The notes: generated by a model from the sequence alone, not told the origin. Positions 1 through 9,856 are shown, counted from the stretch's first letter. The stretch: DNA of 64,000 nucleotides from a candidate division WOR-3 bacterium (GCA_039802605.1 JBDRWW010000006.1:44020-108019), one strand, 5' to 3'. Translations and numbers: made by a program.

Positions 1-212
1 TCCCCATATTTATATTCCCTCACCCTTTCTTCCTTGTGGAGTTTAAACATTAAAACCTTACCCTTTGGAAAGCCTTTTAGTTTGGCATTATCGGGAATGA
101 AAAAGGATCTATATCCCGTCCAGTAGGATTTTACCCTTTGGTATCCCCCGAAAACCTCCACATAATTAACGGAATTTGCATTTACACTGAGCCAATATAT
201 GGGAAAACTCAT
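1..212 (-). CDS. hypothetical protein (5' part only, runs off window edge)
   Basis: Minus-strand frame is open from the ATG at 210-212 to position 1 (MSFPIYWLSVNANSVNYVEVFGGYQRVKSYWTGYRSFF...). The ATG overlaps the purM stop as ATGA, typical of translational coupling. No family recognised. Confidence 0.4.
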   Translation of the reverse strand, partial: MSFPIYWLSVNANSVNYVEVFGGYQRVKSYWTGYRSFFIPDNAKLKGFPKGKVLMFKLHKEERVREYKYG

Positions 213-1168
213 AAAACCTCCCCCAATATAAATGCCCCTTTAAACCTGTGTAAGATTTCATCAACCCGTTTTCTCGGAACTATGAAGGCAAAACCCACAC
301 CCATATTGAAAACCCTCTTTGCTTCATCTTCCGGAATATTACCCATCCTTATAAAGGCCTTCATGTACTCCGGTGTAGGAATGTTTTCCCAGTATATTTT
401 TGCCTTGTTCCCTTCAAGTGCCCTGGGAAGGTTTTCGGGTATCCCGCCGCCGGTTATATGCGCCCCCCTTTTAGCCCCAAACTTTAAAAACATTTCCTTA
501 CCCTCTTTGTGGTATAACCTCGTAGGCGTTAAGAGTATATCAATAAGGGGTTTTTGGGGATGGATTTCCGGATAAACCTTAAAAGGGTCCAACCCCTTTT
601 CCTCTAAAACCTTCCTTATAAGGGAATAACCGTTTGAATGGAAACCGGATGATGGGAAACCTATTATTGCATCACCACTCTTTACCCTTTGGAACCTCTT
701 TTTTAAGGGAACCCCTACGCCAAATCCGGCAATGTCAAATGTATCCTTTACTATTATACCGGGAAGCTCCGCGGTTTCACCCCCAACCAGTTTTGCCCCA
801 ATTTTCTTGCAAGATTCAATAACATCCGATAAAACCTCTTTTGCAACTTCTCCCTTTAAGGGAAAGGTGGCGTAGTAGTCCAAGAAATAAACCATTCTTC
901 CACCATCGGCCAAAATATCGTTTGAAACCATAGCCACCAGATCCTGCCCCAAACCCTTAAACCTCCCAGCCTTTAAATAGAGCAAGATTTTCGTACCAAC
1001 ACCATCCGCTGAAAGCAAAACCGTACTATTACCCACTTTAACCTTTACGGAAAAGGAGCCTATTTGTTTATTCTTTCCTTTTAACCACCCTACTAACCTT
1101 TCCGCCTCTTTAATTGAAACCCCTGCATCCTCGTATGTTATACATCTATTATCACCGATGCCCTCCAT
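209..1168 (-). CDS. purM: phosphoribosylformylglycinamidine cyclo-ligase (AIR synthetase)
   Basis: 319-aa ORF. It shows the PurM/AIRS hallmarks YEDAGVSI near the N-terminus, DGVGTK, GGETAELPG and HITGGG. Confidence 0.9.
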   Translation of the reverse strand: MEGIGDNRCITYEDAGVSIKEAERLVGWLKGKNKQIGSFSVKVKVGNSTVLLSADGVGTKILLYLKAGRFKGLGQDLVAMVSNDILADGGRMVYFLDYYATFPLKGEVAKEVLSDVIESCKKIGAKLVGGETAELPGIIVKDTFDIAGFGVGVPLKKRFQRVKSGDAIIGFPSSGFHSNGYSLIRKVLEEKGLDPFKVYPEIHPQKPLIDILLTPTRLYHKEGKEMFLKFGAKRGAHITGGGIPENLPRALEGNKAKIYWENIPTPEYMKAFIRMGNIPEDEAKRVFNMGVGFAFIVPRKRVDEILHRFKGAFILGEVL

Positions 1169-1563
1169 ATGCCCCTTTCCCTCTCAACATGGAGTTTGTG
1201 CCGGGTTACCCCTTTAAGTGCCTTCTTTATGGTATGTTTGTTTGGATCAAAGGGCTCTCCCCCGATTGTGGCGTCAAGCTTAAACTTGTCATCCTCAAAG
1301 TTTATATTAACCTTGAACTGCCTGTATATCATCTTTGAGGTCTCAAACTCGTAAAGTAAATGCGAGAGCCATTTGTGTAATAAATCTTCAAGGTCTTCCC
1401 CTTCAAGATGCACCTTTTTCTCCTCCAAAATCTTTATACCGTATAGACTTCCAAGCATTTCCCTAAACATAGCCCTCGCGCACTCAATAAAAAGTTTTGC
1501 CAAATCCATTGAACTAACCTCAAAACCTATTTCCGATGTATGTGAAATCGGTTTATATGCCAT
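1138..1563 (-). CDS. archease family protein
   Basis: Start set at the MAYKPISHTSEIGFEV ATG (1561-1563), preceded by AGGAGGTG. The H-T-(A/S)-(D/E)-IG N-terminus and ~140 aa size are typical of archease. Confidence 0.75.
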   Translation of the reverse strand: MAYKPISHTSEIGFEVSSMDLAKLFIECARAMFREMLGSLYGIKILEEKKVHLEGEDLEDLLHKWLSHLLYEFETSKMIYRQFKVNINFEDDKFKLDATIGGEPFDPNKHTIKKALKGVTRHKLHVERERGIWRASVIIDV

Positions 1564-1579
1564 AATGCACCTCCTTTTT

Positions 1580-3214
1580 TTATTTATTTTCTTCCGCAAA
1601 CTTATGCGCAACGCAATCGCACTCTATTATAGGCTTAAATGTGCTTTGAACGGTTATAGTTAGGTTTTCACTACCACAACCCGAGTTCGTAAATGTTGTC
1701 GTAACCGTCATGGTGGCGGAGAATGGTTTAAAAGACAAAATCGTTTCATTTCCACCCCTGAAAACAAGCGGATCGTTTATATACACCGGTACATCCGAAA
1801 ACCTAACCCTATCTCCTCCGACAACCCTCATACCCAATAGGTCAAATATTGTATTCTCACTGCCCACGCTACTTACCATTACACCTCCGTTTATGTAATA
1901 TCTGAGCGTTACATCCTGGGTTTTACCCACGGAGTATGCGGCCATAAATACGGTATCAATTGAAGGGTCCTTTAGGTTCCACGGATCCAAAACCCCGCAG
2001 TCGCTATATTTTGCTGATACAACCTTACCCTTATCCGTTTGCCCAATTTTCTTGTTTTTTAGAAAGTTATCCGAAACGAACAAAACATCCTCTCCTGATA
2101 ATCCGAATGTTTGGGCAAATTTGGAATTAAAGTCTATGAAATTCCTACAAGCAAACTTTGAATGCAAGATGTAATTCAATTCGTACTTAACATTGCTGTG
2201 CTCCGATGATACGCTTACCGTTGAGGAAACGTTCCAAGCATAAGGTGCCTTAACCTTAAAGGCCGTTTTGCCCGATGACAATGTGGGTTTTACACCCGGT
2301 AAAATCTTGTTATCCCTTGGACATACCGCCGCAACCTCAAAGGATACATCTATCGGGTTTTGCTGGTTGAAAACATTGCAATCCGGGGGTTGGTATAGAA
2401 CAACGGGGTTTTCTCCCCTTATAATGTACCAACCATCGCCAATATTTTCGCCACTCGTTATCCTCCCCTTTGAGTTTCCGCTTAAACGAACGGCCACCCC
2501 GGCCTTTTTATCGAGTATATCAAACAAACTTTTTCCCTCGGAGTTATTCATTGATGAAAACCTTATGGCCACAAACCTATCTTGAGAAATGTCGGCCTCA
2601 TCAACCACTTGAACCGAATACATTATCATGGTTTCCTTTGTGGCTATCCTCGTAAGGATTGATCCCATTTTTTCCGCTAATTTGTTCGTTATCAAAACTA
2701 TTGATTGCAACACATCCTTTACGGCCGTTGATGGTATCCTGTAAGAAAATGTCTCATACACGGTTTCGCTTTCAAGGTTTATAAGCCAAATCTTACCCAC
2801 CAAGCCATATGAATCTTCACCTATAAGTATATCAACCAGATAGGGAACGCTCCCATATGCCGTATCGTCTTTGTGTAAGGCCGCGGTTAGCGAATCGTTT
2901 ATGAGTTTTGAAAATGTTCCAAAAGGGGTTTCCGTCCAACCCGAACCCACTATTTTTATAGAATTACCATCAACACCCGTGAAATACTCTTGCGCCTTTT
3001 TTATTATCACGGGTAAGTATGTGGTTAAATTTCCGCGAAAGTTTTGGCTATACTTACCTGCGGGGTTTACCGCTATTCTCGCCTTTAAATACACTTCCGG
3101 AGGAGAGCATACCGAGTAAGGTAGTTTTTTGGTTGTGGTGCTCTCCTTACTTTTTTGGGCGTATGTGGGGGATACGAGAAAAGGCAATAAAATAAAAGGA
3201 AAAACCCGTTTCAT
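1580..3214 (-). CDS. secreted protein of unknown function
   Basis: 544-aa ORF with a canonical signal peptide MKRVFPFILLPFLVSPTYAQ. It has several spaced Cys residues and no recognisable catalytic motif. Confidence 0.7.
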   Translation of the reverse strand: MKRVFPFILLPFLVSPTYAQKSKESTTTKKLPYSVCSPPEVYLKARIAVNPAGKYSQNFRGNLTTYLPVIIKKAQEYFTGVDGNSIKIVGSGWTETPFGTFSKLINDSLTAALHKDDTAYGSVPYLVDILIGEDSYGLVGKIWLINLESETVYETFSYRIPSTAVKDVLQSIVLITNKLAEKMGSILTRIATKETMIMYSVQVVDEADISQDRFVAIRFSSMNNSEGKSLFDILDKKAGVAVRLSGNSKGRITSGENIGDGWYIIRGENPVVLYQPPDCNVFNQQNPIDVSFEVAAVCPRDNKILPGVKPTLSSGKTAFKVKAPYAWNVSSTVSVSSEHSNVKYELNYILHSKFACRNFIDFNSKFAQTFGLSGEDVLFVSDNFLKNKKIGQTDKGKVVSAKYSDCGVLDPWNLKDPSIDTVFMAAYSVGKTQDVTLRYYINGGVMVSSVGSENTIFDLLGMRVVGGDRVRFSDVPVYINDPLVFRGGNETILSFKPFSATMTVTTTFTNSGCGSENLTITVQSTFKPIIECDCVAHKFAEENK

Positions 3215-3221
3215 TGCGGGA

Positions 3222-3227
3222 ATTATA
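3222..3227 (-). promoter_or_regulatory. -10 box TATAAT, 7 nt upstream of ATG 3214 (leaderless-type)
   Basis: Plus strand reads ATTATA at 3222-3227. The gap TGCGGGA has no SD. Confidence 0.45.
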
Positions 3228-3266
3228 AGGCTGAAAGATTTTATAAAATTTAAAACAAAACGGGCA

Positions 3267-3272
3267 TATAAT
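3267..3272 (+). promoter_or_regulatory. -10 box TATAAT, 8 nt upstream of ATG 3281 (leaderless-type)
   Basis: TATAAT-CCCCGCTT-ATG, with no SD. Confidence 0.45.
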
Positions 3273-3280
3273 CCCCGCTT

Positions 3281-5362
3281 ATGAAAAGGCTCCTTGTAAG
3301 TTTAGGCGTTTTAGGTATTATTTCCTGCGCTGGAAAATTCGTAGAGGAAGGGTATTTGCAAAATGAAAGTTTGGTGAAGGGACTGTTTCAGGAACTCAAA
3401 GGGGATTATAGCGGTTCAATAAACACCTTCCGGTCCTCGGGTGACAAATATTGGGGAAACCTATTAACGGCGGATGTTTATCTTTACAGGTTTAGGGATT
3501 ACGCAAAGGCGAAGGAATTTGTGGATAAAGTTAAAGTTAAGGAAAAGTCCCCAGCAGCACAGGAAGTATTGTACAGAAAGGCTTTGCTTCTTGAACTTTT
3601 GGGTAATTACGCCGAGGCGGGGAAGTTATACGAATTTTTGGCGGTTAATTTTCCAAACGGAAAGTATTTTGAAGACGCCTCACAGGCGGTTGAGGAGATG
3701 TTTAGGAGGAATTTTCCGGATACAGTTGCGGTATTTGACGGGGGATATATAACTTCCATGATGGTGGATTACGCAATAGAACAGATACCACCTTTTAACA
3801 GAAACCAATTTGATACACCCGAAGGTAGGAAGCAGATAGCGGAAAGGCTTGCGATAGAGGTTGTAGCCCTCAAAGAGGCGGAAAAGTTGAAGCTTGATAC
3901 CGCACAAAAGGTTAAGGAAAAAATTGAAATTGATAGGATAAACGCTTTAAGACAGGCCTATTACCAGTACGCCATAAAGGCTAAGGCAACCGCTACGGAG
4001 AAAGAACTTTTGGCTTATTATAACGAACACAAATCGGAATACAGGGTTCCGGCAAGGGTTGAGTTGAGTAGGGTTATACTAAAAGATAGTGCAAAGGCCT
4101 ATGAGGTTTATAACTTGGTAAAATCCGGCCAAAAAATAGACTCTTTGGCCAAGGAATTGTCAGTTGATAAATATGAGGGTCAAAGGGGAGGGAAAATAAC
4201 TATTTATGACACATACGAGGCTTACAAGGATCTGTTTAACGAGGCCTACCAAAAGGACACGGGAAGCGTTTTTGTGTATAAGAAGGATACGCTTTGGATG
4301 GTTATAAGGGTTGATGAAAAGGAAGCGGATAGGATAAGGTCCTTTGACGAGGTTAAAACCATAGTTAAAGGTGCCGTTGAAGGGCAGAAGGAAAAGGATT
4401 TATTTGAAAAGGAAAAGCAGAGGTTAAGGGAATTTTACGGGGTAAATATTTTTATTAAACCCGATACCGCGGAAAAGTCTAAGTTTGAAGAGGAAAGGGG
4501 ATATGAAGAAGAGGCGGGGGTTTTAACAGAGGAGGAGAAAAATGCCCTTGAAAAACTTCCCGATACCATGGCCATAATAACAAAACTCAACAGGGTAATA
4601 ACAAAGGAAGATTTTATCGATAGGCTCAACAAAATGCCCCGTAGGTATAGGTCTTATTATCTAACAAATAAAGGGGCATACCAACTCTTAAACGATGTCA
4701 TGATCCAAGAAATACTTGAAACATCCGAGGCTGAGTTTAGAAGGTATTACCTGCACTACCCGATATTCAAGAGGTTGTGGGAATCTTATAGGGATGCCAT
4801 GTTGTTGCAGCTATACGATGTTTTGGTTAAAAACAATGTATCCGTTTCCGATGAAGAGGTTAAGGAGTATTATGAGAAGAACAGGGATAAGGAGTTTAAA
4901 GACCCGGCGAGGATAAGGGTTCAAAGGATAGTGGTTCCGACGAAAGATTCGGCTTTAAAGGTTTTAAGAAGGGTAAGAGGTATTAAAAATGATAAACAAC
5001 TTAGGGAATTCGTTCAAAAGGTATCTATTTACACCGGTGAGGCCTCGGCGGGTGGTTTTGCTTTTATAACCGAAGATAGGGAACCCGATTTCTTCAAGGA
5101 GGCTTGGAAAAAACCCCTAAAAATGTGGTATATAGGAAAGCTTAACGACGGGAATTGGGCGGTATATAGGGTTTTTGAGAAAACAAAGGAAAGCGTTAAG
5201 CCTTTTGAAGATGTTGAGGCTTATATAAAAGACAGGTTGAGGTACGAGAAGGAAAAGAAGTTATACGAAAGCGTTTTGGAAGATTTGAAGAAGAAGTATA
5301 ACATTTTGGTGTTTGAGGAAAAGTTTAAGAAAGCGGAAGGGGAAGAAAAAGGCGAAAAATGA
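3281..5362 (+). CDS. lipoprotein, SurA/PpiD-like peptidyl-prolyl isomerase with N-terminal TPR-like region
   Basis: 693 aa with signal plus lipobox MKRLLVSLGVLGIISC. Two parvulin-like segments are present (ARVELSRVILKD...SLAKELSVD and ARIRVQRIVVPTKDSALKVLRRV) in a SurA-like helical context. Confidence 0.65.
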   Translation: MKRLLVSLGVLGIISCAGKFVEEGYLQNESLVKGLFQELKGDYSGSINTFRSSGDKYWGNLLTADVYLYRFRDYAKAKEFVDKVKVKEKSPAAQEVLYRKALLLELLGNYAEAGKLYEFLAVNFPNGKYFEDASQAVEEMFRRNFPDTVAVFDGGYITSMMVDYAIEQIPPFNRNQFDTPEGRKQIAERLAIEVVALKEAEKLKLDTAQKVKEKIEIDRINALRQAYYQYAIKAKATATEKELLAYYNEHKSEYRVPARVELSRVILKDSAKAYEVYNLVKSGQKIDSLAKELSVDKYEGQRGGKITIYDTYEAYKDLFNEAYQKDTGSVFVYKKDTLWMVIRVDEKEADRIRSFDEVKTIVKGAVEGQKEKDLFEKEKQRLREFYGVNIFIKPDTAEKSKFEEERGYEEEAGVLTEEEKNALEKLPDTMAIITKLNRVITKEDFIDRLNKMPRRYRSYYLTNKGAYQLLNDVMIQEILETSEAEFRRYYLHYPIFKRLWESYRDAMLLQLYDVLVKNNVSVSDEEVKEYYEKNRDKEFKDPARIRVQRIVVPTKDSALKVLRRVRGIKNDKQLREFVQKVSIYTGEASAGGFAFITEDREPDFFKEAWKKPLKMWYIGKLNDGNWAVYRVFEKTKESVKPFEDVEAYIKDRLRYEKEKKLYESVLEDLKKKYNILVFEEKFKKAEGEEKGEK

Positions 5363-6315
5363 CGGAGGATCGGATAATAGAGGAACTCGTATCACCTTAT
5401 AGGGAATATGGTCCAAGGGTTGTAGTGGGTGTTGGGGATGATTGTGCCGTAATAAGGGAGAATGTGGCAAAAGAACTTTTAATAACCGTTGATAGTGTGG
5501 TTGAAGGTGTTCATTTCACATTCTCCCTTTTGAGGCCGAAAGAAATAGGGCATAGGGGTTTAACGGCGGCTTTGTCCGATATAGCCGCTATGGGTGGGGA
5601 ACCTTTGGGTGTTCTGATAAACGCCCAGGTTCCGCAAGACGGTGTTGAGAAGCTCAAAGAGATTTATAGGGGGTTTAACCACCTTTTGAAGGAGTATTGC
5701 GTAGATCTCCTAGGGGGTAATATTACCAAAGGGGAAAATTTTGCCTTGACATTTACGGTTTTGGGTGAGGTTAGTAGGGGAAAGGCTTGGAGGAGGGACG
5801 GGGCTCGGGATGGGGATTTGGTTTTTATAACGGGTGATGTGGGTAGGGTTAAATCCTTTCTAATGCTTGAAAAGTTGAACGCAAAGGGTTATGAGTGGTG
5901 GTTTAGGGAAACCAGGTTAAAATTTGCCAACCCGGAACCCAAGTTGAAGGAGGTTATGAGAATAAAATCCGAAGGGATAGAGGTTCATTCCGCAATTGAT
6001 ATATCCGACGGTTTGGCCATTGACCTTTGGAGGTTGGCTAGATCCTCAGAAGTTAGTATATTTATTGATTTGAACGCAATTCCCATTAAGGATTCCGTTA
6101 GGTATGTTGCGGAAAATCTGAAAAAAGACCCCTATGAGGTGGCGCTTTCAAGCGGGGAGGAATACGAACTCGTTCTAACCGTTCCAAAGGAATACGGCAA
6201 AATTATGGAAGACTTGAAGTTTATACAGATAGGTGAGGTGAAACTCGGTGAGGTTGGTGTTTTTGATACATCCGGAAACAGGATTCAGCCCTTGGGTTGG
6301 CAACACTTTAAGTGA
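5359..6315 (+). CDS. thiL: thiamine-monophosphate kinase
   Basis: 318 aa with AIRS-family motifs GVGDDCAVI, DSVVEGVHF and SDIAAMGG. The ATGA overlaps the upstream stop. Confidence 0.85.
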   Translation: MTEDRIIEELVSPYREYGPRVVVGVGDDCAVIRENVAKELLITVDSVVEGVHFTFSLLRPKEIGHRGLTAALSDIAAMGGEPLGVLINAQVPQDGVEKLKEIYRGFNHLLKEYCVDLLGGNITKGENFALTFTVLGEVSRGKAWRRDGARDGDLVFITGDVGRVKSFLMLEKLNAKGYEWWFRETRLKFANPEPKLKEVMRIKSEGIEVHSAIDISDGLAIDLWRLARSSEVSIFIDLNAIPIKDSVRYVAENLKKDPYEVALSSGEEYELVLTVPKEYGKIMEDLKFIQIGEVKLGEVGVFDTSGNRIQPLGWQHFK

Positions 6316-7442
6316 TGGATAAAATACCCATTTTTGAACTAAACTGGGATGGGGATGAGGAAAGGGAGGTTTTAGAGGTATTAAAGAGTAAGTGGGTTTC
6401 AATGGGTCCTAAAACCGAGGAATATGAGCGGGATTTGTCAAGGTTTTACGGTGTTAAATATGCCCTCGCTTTTAACAACGGAACATCTGCCCTTTTATCC
6501 GCATATTACTCCTTGGGTTTAAAGGGAGAGGTCGTTTTACCCTCCTTAACATTCGTCGCTACGGCAAACGCCTTAAGGTTCCTCGGAATAAAGCCCATTT
6601 TTGCGGATATACATTCCTTGGAAATCCCTTTAATCTCTGCGGAAACGGTTGAGAGGGTTTTAAATCCAAATGTTTGCGCCGTCGTATATGTTAATTATGC
6701 CGGTTATTCGCTTTTTATCGATGAGATTAAAGATTTATGCGATAGAAAGGGGTTAATACTCGTAGAGGACGCCTCGCATGCCCATGGGGCGGTTTATAAA
6801 GATAGATTTGCGGGGACATGGGGAAATGTGGGCGTTTTTAGTACCTTTGCAAATAAGAACCTATCAACGGGTGAAGGTGGGTACCTTTTAACGGACGACG
6901 GGGAACTATACAGAAGGGCAAAACTTTTTAGATCTCATGGATTAACATCATCCTCTTGGGAGAGGTTTAAAGAGGGTAAAAACAGGATTTACGATGTCGT
7001 TGATATTGGATTAAATTTAAGACCTTCCGAAATACAATCCGCAATAGGTTTGGCAAATTTGAGGAAACTCAAAAGAGAAAACGAAAAGAGGCGGAATCTC
7101 GTCTCCCTTTATAGGAAGCTTATAAGGGAGGAAATACCCGATATAACCATACCCTTTGAAAACATACCCGTTGAAGGATCTTCCCATTACATATTCCCGA
7201 TACTTTTACCCAAGGGCGTCAATAGGGATAAAATTGCGGAGAAATTGGCGGATATAGGTATAGGGACGAGTGTGCATTATCCCCCCGTACATAGGTTTTC
7301 CTTTTATTATGAGGGTCAAAAACTTGAAAAAACGGAAGAGTATTCGGAAAGGACATTAACATTGCCCCTATGGGGGGATATGGGTGAGGAGAGGGTTTAT
7401 AGGGTAGTTGAGGGTTTAAAGAAATGCCTATATTCGCAATAG
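6312..7442 (+). CDS. DegT/DnrJ/EryC1/StrS family aminotransferase
   Basis: 376 aa with motifs AFNNGTSAL, VEDASHAHGA and FSTFANKNLSTGEGG (PLP-lysine region). The start is GTG 6312 or ATG 6315. Confidence 0.85.
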   Translation: MMDKIPIFELNWDGDEEREVLEVLKSKWVSMGPKTEEYERDLSRFYGVKYALAFNNGTSALLSAYYSLGLKGEVVLPSLTFVATANALRFLGIKPIFADIHSLEIPLISAETVERVLNPNVCAVVYVNYAGYSLFIDEIKDLCDRKGLILVEDASHAHGAVYKDRFAGTWGNVGVFSTFANKNLSTGEGGYLLTDDGELYRRAKLFRSHGLTSSSWERFKEGKNRIYDVVDIGLNLRPSEIQSAIGLANLRKLKRENEKRRNLVSLYRKLIREEIPDITIPFENIPVEGSSHYIFPILLPKGVNRDKIAEKLADIGIGTSVHYPPVHRFSFYYEGQKLEKTEEYSERTLTLPLWGDMGEERVYRVVEGLKKCLYSQ

Positions 7443-8998
7443 TACCACCTTCCCAAGCCTTGCATATACGATGTTATCATAGGCCTTACACCTAAAAGGT
7501 TCCTTATACCGCAGTTAAACTGGCTAGTATAATCCCCCTTAAAGCCCACCATGTTAAGGTTTAAATCCAAGAATACACCCACATTGGCTTTATAACCGAA
7601 GTAATCGTATTGGGTTGTATCGTTCTCAACCCTAAGGCCGAGGATGTTTGTTAAGAATGAAAACCTATACCTCGGGAAGGATGGGGTGTATCTTCCCGCG
7701 CCTTTTACATCCGGATAAAGGGCCGAGAATGAAAGGTTTAGGGTTATAGGTCCTAAGTAATAAACCGGTGAGAAGGCCTCAAAGCCGTATATATTGTGTG
7801 TTTGTATGTTTTCCGCGAAGTATTTATCATCCCTTTTAACCCAATCAATCCTATCGTAAAACCTTATGGCATAAACCTTAAAGATCCCAAAATCCGCATC
7901 AACTCCAAAGTCAAAACCCAAAACCCTTTCGGGCTTTAAGTTCTTATTCCCATAGTTTTTTGGGTCGGAATAAAACAATTCCGTGAAATCCGGCAACCTG
8001 CGGGAATAATAAGCGTTCAATGAAAACCACCCATAAACCCCAAATATATAGGGTTCATATCCCAATTTTCCGGAAAAGTTATCGTACGAAACCTTTAAAC
8101 CACCCTTAACAACCCAGTTGTATCCGTTTGATATAAGGGAAGGTAATATAAAGGCGTAATACCTCATTGTATCCCTAATACCCGTAGCCCTTTCAACTAT
8201 TGAACTTTTTATATACTCCGCATTCCCGCCGGTTTTTATTTCAAGAAACCCAATCTTATGGGAAAACTCCCCACCGGAATTTAAAGTATTGTGTAAGTTT
8301 CTACCGGTTCCCCAATTAAACTGGTCTTGGTGCCATCTGGCAAACAACTTTAACCCTTTAAAACTCCCACCCAAAAGGGCTACCTGTGTGGTTTCATTTG
8401 ATTCAAAGGTTGGAGGCAGATAAAACCCCTTTGCCGAGAAGGAGTTATACCTATAACCCGCAAACACATCAAAATCCGTTTCTTTTCTTGAAAGGAACAA
8501 TGCTATGGAATTTGCCGGATTAAAGTATTTTCCGTTATCATACTCAAAAACATAACCATCCCACCTAAAACCCTCAAAGGAAAGCGTATTGTTTTGATGG
8601 TAAAACTTACCAATGCCCTTTACATACCCCCTTCCCCCAATCCTCAAAATCCCACCCGAGATATTTGAAGGCGTTATATTTATCCCCGGAAGGTTTGCAA
8701 ATCCGGAATAAAAGGATGAAACCAATCCAAAACCCGATATATCCATTTCGGTGAAAGGTAGGTTTGAGTTGTGATGGCCCGTTTGTGGATCGTAAAGGGG
8801 TATTCCATTATATAAAATCCTCGTTTGGTTAAAACTCAAACCCCTAAGGGATATATCCGCCTGAATTCCAAAAGGTCCCCTTTCTATAAGATAAACCGAA
8901 GGTAGTGAATTTAGGGAGTATATAGGGTCGGCACTTGATACGGAAACGGCATACATATGAAAAGGGCTTATTGCCATTACCGTGTCTATCCAAAACAT
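7397..8998 (-). CDS. TonB-dependent-receptor-like outer membrane barrel (compact, no obvious signal peptide)
   Basis: 533 aa. It has a plug-like segment LNSLPSVYLIERGPFGIQADISLRGLSFNQTRILYNGIPLYDP followed by a Tyr/Gly/Phe-rich beta-strand pattern. Confidence 0.65.
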   Translation of the reverse strand: MFWIDTVMAISPFHMYAVSVSSADPIYSLNSLPSVYLIERGPFGIQADISLRGLSFNQTRILYNGIPLYDPQTGHHNSNLPFTEMDISGFGLVSSFYSGFANLPGINITPSNISGGILRIGGRGYVKGIGKFYHQNNTLSFEGFRWDGYVFEYDNGKYFNPANSIALFLSRKETDFDVFAGYRYNSFSAKGFYLPPTFESNETTQVALLGGSFKGLKLFARWHQDQFNWGTGRNLHNTLNSGGEFSHKIGFLEIKTGGNAEYIKSSIVERATGIRDTMRYYAFILPSLISNGYNWVVKGGLKVSYDNFSGKLGYEPYIFGVYGWFSLNAYYSRRLPDFTELFYSDPKNYGNKNLKPERVLGFDFGVDADFGIFKVYAIRFYDRIDWVKRDDKYFAENIQTHNIYGFEAFSPVYYLGPITLNLSFSALYPDVKGAGRYTPSFPRYRFSFLTNILGLRVENDTTQYDYFGYKANVGVFLDLNLNMVGFKGDYTSQFNCGIRNLLGVRPMITSYMQGLGRWYYCEYRHFFKPSTTL

Positions 8999-9006
8999 AA
9001 GAGGGT

Positions 9007-9012
9007 ATTATA
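9007..9012 (-). promoter_or_regulatory. -10 box TATAAT, 8 nt upstream of ATG 8998
   Basis: Minus strand reads TATAAT-ACCCTCTT-ATG. Confidence 0.45.
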
Positions 9013-9032
9013 AAAAGGTTTGTTTCACAAAA

Positions 9033-9842
9033 TTACTTTGTTAAAGCAACGCTTACGGCTACCAAGAATAAACCAAAGGATTCCGTTGCACTTAGGGATT
9101 CGCCGAGGATAAAAATTGAAAAAACGGTTCCAAAAATTATTGTTGAAAGTATTATTACGGAAGACGAAACGGCACCTTTAAACTTTAATCCGTAAAAGTA
9201 GAGGATATAACCCAAACTTGAAGGGAAAACGGCAAGCCATATTACCGATAGCGATGGAACAATATCCGGTTGGAATTTAAAGAACATAGGTAAGAATGCC
9301 AAGGCTATAAAGGTTGAAACGAAGTTTGTGGAAAATGTATAATAAATCGGTTCTATTTGTAGGGAAAACTTTTTTGCAACCACTACATAGAATGCGTAAA
9401 TTATTGATGCCAGGAAGGATAAAAAGTCCCCCAAATTTATACCCCTAAATTCAAAAACATTCCCTATTAATAAAACCCCAAGGGTTCCCAAAACTATGGA
9501 AATTATGCTCCTGTTAATAAGCCTTTCCTTTAAAACCAGCGGCGCCAAGATACCCACATAAATCGGAAAAGTGTTTGATATTATTGCAACCTTTGAGGCT
9601 GTTGTAAAAACCTGCCCCGTAAATTGGAGCTCGTGGGCCAATGCGTTTAAAGTTCCCAATATTATCGTAGGCTTTGAGATTAAAGGGGTTTTTCTGAGTA
9701 TTAAAAACAAAAGAATGCTACTCAGAAGGAACCTGAAAAATATTATAACCTGCGGTGAAAAAGATGCTAAGGCGAATTCGGTGGCCGGTGGCGATGTTCC
9801 CCAAATTATTGAGGCTATTATTAAGGCAATGAAGCCCCTCAA
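9033..9842 (-). CDS. EamA/DMT family transporter
   Basis: 269 aa, about 10 hydrophobic helices, with an N-terminal IWGTSP motif typical of EamA repeats. The start is TTG. Confidence 0.8.
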   Translation of the reverse strand: MRGFIALIIASIIWGTSPPATEFALASFSPQVIIFFRFLLSSILLFLILRKTPLISKPTIILGTLNALAHELQFTGQVFTTASKVAIISNTFPIYVGILAPLVLKERLINRSIISIVLGTLGVLLIGNVFEFRGINLGDFLSFLASIIYAFYVVVAKKFSLQIEPIYYTFSTNFVSTFIALAFLPMFFKFQPDIVPSLSVIWLAVFPSSLGYILYFYGLKFKGAVSSSVIILSTIIFGTVFSIFILGESLSATESFGLFLVAVSVALTK

Positions 9843-9850
9843 AGCGGGGA

Positions 9851-9856
9851 ATTCTA
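9851..9856 (-). promoter_or_regulatory. -10 box TAGAAT, 8 nt upstream of TTG 9842
   Basis: Minus strand reads TAGAAT-TCCCCGCT-TTG. Confidence 0.35.

Noticed and set aside
138-575. 145-aa plus-strand ORF overlapping purM
   Set aside because: It is antisense to a confidently identified purM and has a low-complexity Pro/Ser/Leu-rich translation. It is a typical shadow ORF.
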